A stretch of 43,776 bases of DNA from a virus. Lineage: Duplodnaviria > Heunggongvirae > Uroviricota > Caudoviricetes. This document shows, piece by piece, positions 36,455-43,776 of this stretch (the first letter of the stretch is position 1; each line of letters opens with the position of its first letter). The stretch is from the IMG/VR virus record IMGVR_UViG_2537562190_000013; one strand, given 5' to 3'. A program made the position numbers and the translations under genes. Below the pieces are notes generated by a model. The model worked only from the letters and a program-made list of their open reading frames with translations. It had not been told where the DNA came from and did no database searches.

Positions 36455-38282
36455 ATTTGAGCTTAAGGCGTTGATCACCGGTGTCGACAGGCTTTCTCCC
36501 GCGCTGTCGAAAATGCAAAAGAAAATACGGGGATTTAAACGCCAGGCGGAAGAAGCGTCACAGGGTGGGCTGGCGCTTGGTGGCGGACTGGCAGCGGGTC
36601 TGACGCTTTCCCTGAAATCTTATGCCGATCAGGAAAACGCCGCCACCGGGCTGAAAGTCGCCATGATGGATGCGAATGGCGAGGTTGGAAAGCGCTTTCA
36701 GGACATCAATAAACTGGCTATTGGCCTGGGTAACCAGCTTCCCGGTACAACGGCTGATTTCCAGAACATGATGCAGATGCTGGTGCGTCAGGGGATCCCG
36801 GCAGAAAACATTCTTGGCGGTGTGGGTAAAGCGACAGCTTATCTTGCGGTACAACTGAAAAAAACACCGGAAGCGGCTGCTGAGTTTGCTGCAAAGATGC
36901 AGGATGCTACCGGAACGGCGTCAGAAGACATGATGGGGCTGTTCGACACTATCCAGAAGGCGTTTTATCTGGGCGTTGACGATACCAACATGTTGTCCTT
37001 CTTCACTAAAACCAGTTCTGTTCTGAAGATGGTGAACAAGGACGGTCTTCAGGCTGCACAGAGCCTTGCCCCCATCAGCGTCATGATGGATCAGATGGGG
37101 ATGAACGGGGAGTCGGCAGGTAATGCCCTGCGAAAAGTTATCCAGTCCGGATTAAGCGTTAAGAAAATCAGGGACGTCAATAAAATCATGGCCCGCCAGA
37201 AACTCGGGGTACAGCTCGATTTTACTGACGGCAAAGGAAGTTTTGGCGGTCTTGATAACATGTTCAGGCAACTGGCAAAGCTGCGAAAACTGACCGACGT
37301 TAAGCGGACAGGTGTACTTAAGGCAATATTTGGTGATGATGCCGAAACCCTTCAGGTGGTCAATGCACTAATCGATAAAGGAAAGGATGGCTACGATCAG
37401 ATCCAGCAGAAGATGAATAAACAGGCCAGCCTGAATAAACGTGTTCAGGCCCAGCTTGGTACGCTGTCCAACCTGTGGGAGGCAATGACGGGGACCGCAA
37501 CTAACGGCCTTGCGGCTATTGGCGGCGCATTTTCTGGTGACGCCAAAAATATCACGCAATGGCTGGGGGAGTTGGGGGAAAAATTCACGAAGTTTGCGGA
37601 TGAAAATCCCCGGGTTATTCGCGGCGTCGTCGGGCTTGCTGCCGGTCTTGCGATTCTGAAACTGGGATTGATGGGCGTTGGCAGTGCCATCAGTATTGTC
37701 AGCAGGCTCATGTCGATGACGCCGATTGGCATGATTGCGACGGCGATAGCCCTGGCTGCGGGATTAATTATCACTAACTGGGATGTTGTCGGACCTTATT
37801 TTAAGAAACTCTGGGAAACCATTGGTCCTTATTTTGAGACTGGCTGGGAACTCCTTAAGAAAGTTTTTGCCTGGTCGCCGCTGGGGATGGTGATCAATAA
37901 CTGGGGGCCGGTTGTTAAGTGGTTTCAGGATATGTGGGACAAGCTGAAGCCAATTATTGAGTGGTTTACCGACAGTTCCGGTGACACGGTCGATGCCATT
38001 AACTCGGCGCAGTGGGGGGCGGGTGCTTATGATGCTTATGGGACGGGAATACCGGCACGGGGATACACACCTTATCCGGCGGTAGATCCGGCTCAGTCAA
38101 ACAACGCCTCCGATGCCACAGGCCCGAATCCCTTCATGATTAACAAAGCTTCTGCGCCAAAAGTTGATGGTGAGATCAAGGTCTCTTTTGTGAATTCGCC
38201 TCCGGGTATGCGGGTTATGGAAACGCGATCCAGCGGTTTTGATGTCAGCCATGATGTTGGCTATACGCGCTTTGGCAGGTAA
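36447..38282 (+). CDS. Tail tape measure protein
   Basis: 611 aa; Ala/Gly-rich hydrophobic central segments; AGGAGA ribosome-binding site. Confidence 0.8.
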   Translation: MAEFELKALITGVDRLSPALSKMQKKIRGFKRQAEEASQGGLALGGGLAAGLTLSLKSYADQENAATGLKVAMMDANGEVGKRFQDINKLAIGLGNQLPGTTADFQNMMQMLVRQGIPAENILGGVGKATAYLAVQLKKTPEAAAEFAAKMQDATGTASEDMMGLFDTIQKAFYLGVDDTNMLSFFTKTSSVLKMVNKDGLQAAQSLAPISVMMDQMGMNGESAGNALRKVIQSGLSVKKIRDVNKIMARQKLGVQLDFTDGKGSFGGLDNMFRQLAKLRKLTDVKRTGVLKAIFGDDAETLQVVNALIDKGKDGYDQIQQKMNKQASLNKRVQAQLGTLSNLWEAMTGTATNGLAAIGGAFSGDAKNITQWLGELGEKFTKFADENPRVIRGVVGLAAGLAILKLGLMGVGSAISIVSRLMSMTPIGMIATAIALAAGLIITNWDVVGPYFKKLWETIGPYFETGWELLKKVFAWSPLGMVINNWGPVVKWFQDMWDKLKPIIEWFTDSSGDTVDAINSAQWGAGAYDAYGTGIPARGYTPYPAVDPAQSNNASDATGPNPFMINKASAPKVDGEIKVSFVNSPPGMRVMETRSSGFDVSHDVGYTRFGR

Positions 38283-38342
38283 TGAAAAATTAATCTGTTA
38301 ATGAGTCCCACTCCGGTGGGATTTTTTATGTACGGAGTTTAT

Positions 38343-39671
38343 ATGACGTGGAAAGACAGACTTCAGGACGCGTCATTTCGCGGTGTGCCGTTTAAGGTTG
38401 AAGAAGAAAGTGCGGGAACCGGTCGTCGTGTGGAAACGCACGAATACCCGAACCGCGACAAACCCTATACCGAAGACCTGGGGAAAATCACTTTCCGCCC
38501 GTCCATCACAGCTTATGTGGTGGGAGATGACTGCTTTGACCAGCGCGATCGCCTGATTGACGCGCTGAATAAACCCGGTCCCGGCACGCTTGTCCATCCG
38601 ACTTACGGTGAGCTGAAAGTCTGTGTTGACGGGGAAGTTCGGGTCAGCACATCGAAGAGTGAAGGGCGTATTGTCCGCTTTGACCTGAAGTTTGTCGAAG
38701 CGGGAGAACTCTCTTACCCCACTTCAGGTGCGGCGACGGCGCAGACGCTGATGTCATCCTGTTCTGCACTGGATGACTGCATCAGTGACAGCTTCAGTGG
38801 TTTCAGTATCGATGGCGTGGCAGATTTTGTGCAGAACGACGTCGTCGGTAATGCCGGCACAATGCTGGGGTATGTTTCTGATGCGATGAAAGTGGTGGAT
38901 TCTGCCGTATCGGATGCCGCCAGGCTGTTGCAGGGGGATATCTCGGTACTTCTGCCGCCGCCATCGTCAGGCAAAAATTTCGTTGAGCAGGTGCAGAAAA
39001 TGTGGCGTACCGGGAAACGCCTTTATGGTAACGCCAGCGACCTGGTCACCATGATCAAAACGCTTTCCGGTGTCAGCCTCGGCAGCGATCTGCAACCGCG
39101 CGGTGTCTGGAAAACGGACAGTAAAACCACCGCCACGGCGACGCAGCAGCGTAACGTGGTTGCCAGCATCCTTCGTACGACCGCAATCAGCGAAGCGGCG
39201 TATGCCGTCACCCGATTGCCTGCGCCAACAACTTCCGCGGTGATGCAGAATGCCGCAGTGGGGCAGGCAACAACACCCGCGCAGAGCACTGGCTGGCCTT
39301 CCGTCACGCATCCGGCACTGAACAATGCACCGGCGGTGAAAAACACGGTTGACCTGCCGACGTGGGAAGAACTGACTGACATTCGCGACACACTGAATAC
39401 GGCAATTGATAAGGAGTTGTCCCGTACAACCAGTGATGCGCTGTTTCTGGCGCTGCGCCGGGTGAAAGCAGATCTGAATGCGGATATCAACACGCGCCTT
39501 GAACAGTCTGCACGGATCATTCAGCGCACGCCGGATGAGGTTTTACCCGCGCTGGTGCTGGCGGCGACCTGGTTTGATAACGCGGCGCGTGACGCGGACA
39601 TTATCCGGCGTAATGCCATTACACATCCCGGCTTTGTGCCGGTGATCCCTCTGAAGGTGCCAGTGCAATGA
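38343..39671 (+). CDS. Mu N-like tail / DNA circularisation protein
   Basis: ATG with GGAG ribosome-binding site; track ORF starts at 38301. Confidence 0.6.
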   Translation: MTWKDRLQDASFRGVPFKVEEESAGTGRRVETHEYPNRDKPYTEDLGKITFRPSITAYVVGDDCFDQRDRLIDALNKPGPGTLVHPTYGELKVCVDGEVRVSTSKSEGRIVRFDLKFVEAGELSYPTSGAATAQTLMSSCSALDDCISDSFSGFSIDGVADFVQNDVVGNAGTMLGYVSDAMKVVDSAVSDAARLLQGDISVLLPPPSSGKNFVEQVQKMWRTGKRLYGNASDLVTMIKTLSGVSLGSDLQPRGVWKTDSKTTATATQQRNVVASILRTTAISEAAYAVTRLPAPTTSAVMQNAAVGQATTPAQSTGWPSVTHPALNNAPAVKNTVDLPTWEELTDIRDTLNTAIDKELSRTTSDALFLALRRVKADLNADINTRLEQSARIIQRTPDEVLPALVLAATWFDNAARDADIIRRNAITHPGFVPVIPLKVPVQ

Positions 39672-40747
39672 ACGACAATGTCACGCTACGGGTAAATGGC
39701 CGGGAGTGGAATGGCTGGACATCGGTGCGCATCGGTGCCGGTATTGAACGGCTGGCGCGGGATTTCAGTGTGGAGATCACTCGCCAGTGGCCGGGAGATG
39801 AGGGTATCACCACGCTTCAGCCGCGCATTAAAAACGGTTCAAAAGTGGAAGTGCTGATTGGTGATGAGCTGGTGATCACCGGCTGGGTGGAGGCGACTCC
39901 CGTTCGTTACGATGCCCGTTCGGTCAGCACCGGTATTGCCGGACGTAGTCTGACGGCTGACCTGATTGACTGTGCAGCCGAACCGACACAGTTTAACGGA
40001 CGCTCGCTGGTGCAGATTGCGCAGGCGCTTGCTGCGCCTTTCGGCATTGAGGTGGTGAACAGCGGTGCGCCGTCGGGTGTTATTCCTGATGTTCAGCCTG
40101 ATCACGGTGAAACGGTGATTGAGGTGATCAACAAAATACTCGGTCAGCAGCAGGCGCTGGCTTACGACGACCCGCACGGCAGGCTGGTGATTGGCGGTAT
40201 TGGCTCAACGCGGGCACATACCGCGCTGGTACTTGGGGAAAACATCCTTTCCTGTGATACGGAGAAGAGTATCCGGGAGCGGTTTTCTGTTTACCAGGTG
40301 GCGGGGCAGCGTGCCGGAAACGACGATGATTTCGGTGAGGCCACCACCACCGCGCTGCGGGCACGCACAGAGGACGCATTTATTGCCCGTTACCGTCCGA
40401 TGTATATCAGGCAGACAGGGCAGGCCACGGGGGCAGGTTGTATTGCGCGTGCTGACTTTGAAGCCCGACAACGGGCGGCGCGGACGGATGAAACCACCTA
40501 TGTGGTGCAGGGCTGGCGACAGGGTAACGGTACGCTGTGGCAGCCCAACCAGCGGGTGATTGTCTTCGATCCGGTCTGTGGTTTCGACAATACCGAACTG
40601 CTTGTCTCGGAAGTCACGTTTACTCAGGACCAGAACGGCACCCTGACGGAAATCCGTGTCGGCCCACCTGATGCTTATCTGCCTGAACCCGAAGCCCCCG
40701 GCGCGCGGAAAAAGAAAAAAGCCAGAGTACAGGAGGACCCGTTCTGA
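39668..40747 (+). CDS. Mu P-like tail / baseplate hub protein
   Basis: 359 aa; coupled start. Confidence 0.6.
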   Translation: MNDNVTLRVNGREWNGWTSVRIGAGIERLARDFSVEITRQWPGDEGITTLQPRIKNGSKVEVLIGDELVITGWVEATPVRYDARSVSTGIAGRSLTADLIDCAAEPTQFNGRSLVQIAQALAAPFGIEVVNSGAPSGVIPDVQPDHGETVIEVINKILGQQQALAYDDPHGRLVIGGIGSTRAHTALVLGENILSCDTEKSIRERFSVYQVAGQRAGNDDDFGEATTTALRARTEDAFIARYRPMYIRQTGQATGAGCIARADFEARQRAARTDETTYVVQGWRQGNGTLWQPNQRVIVFDPVCGFDNTELLVSEVTFTQDQNGTLTEIRVGPPDAYLPEPEAPGARKKKKARVQEDPF

Positions 40748-41295
40748 TGAGGACGATTGAAACCATGCAGCGACAACTCCTCGGCCTGATTGGGCGGGCC
40801 GTGGTGAAAAGCATCAGTGCCGCCACGAAATGTCAGACCGTGGATGTGTCCCTGATTGCCGGTGAACCCAAAGCCGGGGTTGAACATCTTGAACCCTACG
40901 GTTTTACCGCAAGGGCAAACAGCGGTGCGGAAGCGGTGGTGTTGTTTCCGGATGGCGACCGTTCTCATGCGGTGGTTGTTACGGTGTCGGACCGGCGCTA
41001 CCGCCTGAAAGGGCTGCAGACGGGTGAGGTGGCTGTCTATGACGATCAGGGGCAGTCCGTGACGCTGACCCGGGAGGGGATCGTGGTGGACGGTGCAGGT
41101 AAAACGATCACGTTTCGCAATGCGCCCAGAGCACGTTTTGAAATGGACCTGGAAGTGACCGGACAGGTGAAAGACCTGTGCGACTCCGGCGGCACCACCA
41201 TGTCAGCGATGCGGCTTGCCTATAACGGGCATCGTCACAGAGAGAACGGTCAGGGCAGTAACACCGACAAACCTGATAAAGCGATGGAGGCATGA
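40747..41295 (+). CDS. Baseplate assembly protein V / spike (Mu gp45-like)
   Basis: 182 aa; position in module. Confidence 0.6.
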   Translation: MRTIETMQRQLLGLIGRAVVKSISAATKCQTVDVSLIAGEPKAGVEHLEPYGFTARANSGAEAVVLFPDGDRSHAVVVTVSDRRYRLKGLQTGEVAVYDDQGQSVTLTREGIVVDGAGKTITFRNAPRARFEMDLEVTGQVKDLCDSGGTTMSAMRLAYNGHRHRENGQGSNTDKPDKAMEA

Positions 41296-41720
41296 TGGAA
41301 CTGTGGCTGACGGTGAACGGTAAACGCACCTGCGCCAGCGCACCGCTGGATCCGCTGACCCGCGCCGTGGTGATTTCCCTGTTTACCTGGCGGCGGGCGG
41401 AGCCTGATGACAACGCCGACGTCCCGATGGGATGGTGGGGGGATACCTGGCCTGCGGTACAGAATGACCGTTACGGCTCCCGACTGTGGCTGCTTCAGCG
41501 CAGCAAACTGACCAATCAGCTGGTGCAGACGGTAAGGGGGTATATCCGCGAATGCCTGCAATGGATGACTGATGACGGCGTGGTGTCCCGTATTGATCTG
41601 GATATCCGCCGCACCGGGATTAATGAACTGGGTAACAGTATCACTCTCTGGCGTCGTGACGGACCGGTAATGATTTCTTTTGATGATCTGTGGAGTGCGA
41701 TAACGCATGGCGGACAGTGA
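41292..41720 (+). CDS. Baseplate protein (Mu gp46 / gp25-like)
   Basis: 142 aa; coupled. Confidence 0.55.
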   Translation: MMELWLTVNGKRTCASAPLDPLTRAVVISLFTWRRAEPDDNADVPMGWWGDTWPAVQNDRYGSRLWLLQRSKLTNQLVQTVRGYIRECLQWMTDDGVVSRIDLDIRRTGINELGNSITLWRRDGPVMISFDDLWSAITHGGQ

Positions 41721-42765
41721 ATTTCAGCGCCCGACGCTGGCAGAAAATATCAGTATGCTCCGTAACGATTTATTTGCCAGGCTGGACGTCAGCGACACGC
41801 TCCGGCGCATGGATGAAGACGTGCGGGCAAAGGTGTATGCGGCGGCGCTGCATACGGTTTACGGGTACATCGATTATCTGGCAATGAATATGCTGCCTGA
41901 CCTGTGCGATGAGTCCTGGCTGGCGCGACATGCTGCGATGAAACGGTGTCCGCGCAAGGGGGCCACGGCTGCCAGCGGGTATATGCGCTGGGAAGGTGTC
42001 AGCGATGGCCTGAAGGTGACTGCCGGGAGTGTTATTCAGCGCGATGACCTGGTTCAGTACACGGCAACTGCCGATGCAACCAGCTCCGGTGGTGTCCTGC
42101 GTGTGCCGATCACTTGCTCAACTACAGGCGCGGTCGGTAACGCTGACGACGGTACGGCATTAATCCTGGTCACGCCGGTGAATGGTCTGCCGTCTTCCGG
42201 TGTTGCAGATACCCTGACTGGAGGATTCGATACTGAAGATCTGGAAACGTGGCGCGCCCGCGTCATTGAGCGGTATTACTGGACGCCGCAGGGCGGGGCT
42301 GACGGGGACTATGTCGTCTGGGCTAAAGAAGTGCCCGGCATTACCCGCGCATGGACATACCGTCACTGGATGGGAACGGGAACTGTCGGTGTGATGATTG
42401 CCAGCAGTGACCTGATTAATCCCATTCCGGAAGAATCAACGGAAACGGCGGCAAGACAACATATCGGGCCACTGGCCCCGGTGGCAGGCTCTGATTTGTA
42501 TGTATTCAGGCCGGTGGCGCATAAAGTGGATTTTCATATCCGCGTGACGCCGGACACACCGGAAATACGGGCTGCCATCACCGCCGAGTTGCGTTCGTTC
42601 CTGCTGCGTGATGGTTATCCGCAGGGAGAACTGAAGGTGTCACGTATCAGTGAAGCGATTTCCGGTGCGAACGGGGAATACAGCCATCAGTTGCTTGCAC
42701 CGGCAGACAATATCTCCATTGCAAAAAATGAACTGGCGGTACTGGGGACGATTTCATGGACGTGA
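41707..42765 (+). CDS. Baseplate J-like protein (Mu gp47-like)
   Basis: 352 aa; position. Confidence 0.65.
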   Translation: MADSEFQRPTLAENISMLRNDLFARLDVSDTLRRMDEDVRAKVYAAALHTVYGYIDYLAMNMLPDLCDESWLARHAAMKRCPRKGATAASGYMRWEGVSDGLKVTAGSVIQRDDLVQYTATADATSSGGVLRVPITCSTTGAVGNADDGTALILVTPVNGLPSSGVADTLTGGFDTEDLETWRARVIERYYWTPQGGADGDYVVWAKEVPGITRAWTYRHWMGTGTVGVMIASSDLINPIPEESTETAARQHIGPLAPVAGSDLYVFRPVAHKVDFHIRVTPDTPEIRAAITAELRSFLLRDGYPQGELKVSRISEAISGANGEYSHQLLAPADNISIAKNELAVLGTISWT

Positions 42766-43340
42766 CAAACGATGATTACATCCGTCTGTTGTCGGCACTG
42801 TTGCCCCCCGGTCCGGCGTGGTCAGCCAGCGATCCGGCGATTGCCGGTGCGGCACCGTCATTAACCCGCGTTCATCAGCGTGCGGATGCCCTGATGCGGG
42901 AGCTGGATCCGCGCACTACCACTGAACTGATAAACCGCTGGGAGCGTCTGTGCGGTCTGCCGGATGAATGTATTCCCGCAGGGACACAGACCCTTCGCCA
43001 GCGTCAGCAACGGCTGGATGCGAAGGTTAACCTGTCGGGTGGCATCAACGAGGATTTTTATCTTGCACAGCTTGCTGCCTTGGGCAGACCAGATGCCACC
43101 ATCACGCGATACGACAAAAGCACGTTCACCTGCTCATCGGCCTGTACTGACGCTGTGAACGCGCCTGAATGGCGGTATTACTGGCAGGTCAACATGCCAG
43201 CCGCCACCAACACCACCTGGATGACATGTGGCGATCCCTGTGATTCCGCACTGCGTATCTGGGGCGACACCGTTGTCGAGTGTGTGCTTAACAAACTCTG
43301 CCCGTCGCATACCTACGTAATTTTTAAATATCCGGAGTAA
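42756..43340 (+). CDS. Tail protein (Mu gp48 / YmfQ-like, DUF2313)
   Basis: 194 aa; position before fibre gene. Confidence 0.55.
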   Translation: MDVTNDDYIRLLSALLPPGPAWSASDPAIAGAAPSLTRVHQRADALMRELDPRTTTELINRWERLCGLPDECIPAGTQTLRQRQQRLDAKVNLSGGINEDFYLAQLAALGRPDATITRYDKSTFTCSSACTDAVNAPEWRYYWQVNMPAATNTTWMTCGDPCDSALRIWGDTVVECVLNKLCPSHTYVIFKYPE

Positions 43341-43343
43341 TCC

Positions 43344-43776
43344 ATGCATCGTATAGACACGAAAACCGCGCAGAAGGATAAGTTCGGCGCGGGTAAGAAC
43401 GGTTTTACCCGTGGTAACCCCCAGACCGGCACGCCTGCCACCGATCTGGATGATGACTACTTTGACATGTTGCAGGAGGAGCTTTGCAGCGTTGTGGAGG
43501 CGTCCGGTGCCAGCCTGGAGAAGGGGCGGCACGACCAGCTGCTTACCGCGCTTCGTGCGCTGCTGTTAAGCCGCAAGAATCCGTTTGGTGATATCAAATC
43601 GGATGGCACGGTGAAAACGGCTCTCGAAAACCTTGGTTTGGGAGAAGCGGCGAAAAGGGATGTAGGCACAGGAGAAAATCAGATACCGGATATGTCAGCC
43701 TGGAAAAGAAATCCGAGTTCTAATCGCTGGAGAAAATTGCCTGATGGAACCATCATTCAAATGGGAATATCAGCAT
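43344..43776 (+). CDS. Tail fibre protein, N-terminal part (continues past window end)
   Basis: Open frame from ATG 43344 to the window end; conserved fibre N-terminus [40 protein letters not shown]. Confidence 0.7.
   Translation, partial: MHRIDTKTAQKDKFGAGKNGFTRGNPQTGTPATDLDDDYFDMLQEELCSVVEASGASLEKGRHDQLLTALRALLLSRKNPFGDIKSDGTVKTALENLGLGEAAKRDVGTGENQIPDMSAWKRNPSSNRWRKLPDGTIIQMGISA

Larger units (their letters stand above)
7150..43776. mobile_element. SfV-like mosaic lambdoid prophage (left junction at att core; right end beyond window)
   Basis: Ordered modules: int-xis, early-left genes, cI/cro immunity, replication, Dam/RusA/Q, lysis, HNH/terminase, HK97-type head, Mu-like contractile tail. 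Confidence 0.8.

Overview
The window reads as an Enterobacteriaceae (E. coli/Shigella-like) chromosomal segment with three parts. (1) 1-7117: an IS-riddled integrative island remnant. It holds the right end of an IS3 copy, an AT-rich cytoplasmic histidine-kinase-like gene and an overlapping receiver-domain gene split by a complete 1310-bp IS629-like element with a 3-bp GTA target duplication, a small membrane protein and a P4-type integrase. (2) 7118-7149: a 32-bp copy of the tmRNA (ssrA) 3' end, which looks like the att core shared by two tandemly integrated elements. (3) 7150 to the window end: most of an SfV-like mosaic prophage with lambdoid int-xis and immunity/replication/Q modules, HK97-type head genes and a Mu-like contractile tail. 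Three AT-rich accessory cassettes are the best candidates for undescribed systems: a zinc-ribbon/NdpA-like plus membrane-protein pair between Q and the lysis genes (21199-23591), a ParA-like ATPase three-gene operon between att and int (7240-9162), and the IS-disrupted kinase/receiver pair (415-5196). No CRISPR array, rRNA or intact tRNA was found. All protein calls rest on motif recognition and recalled homology, not on searches.
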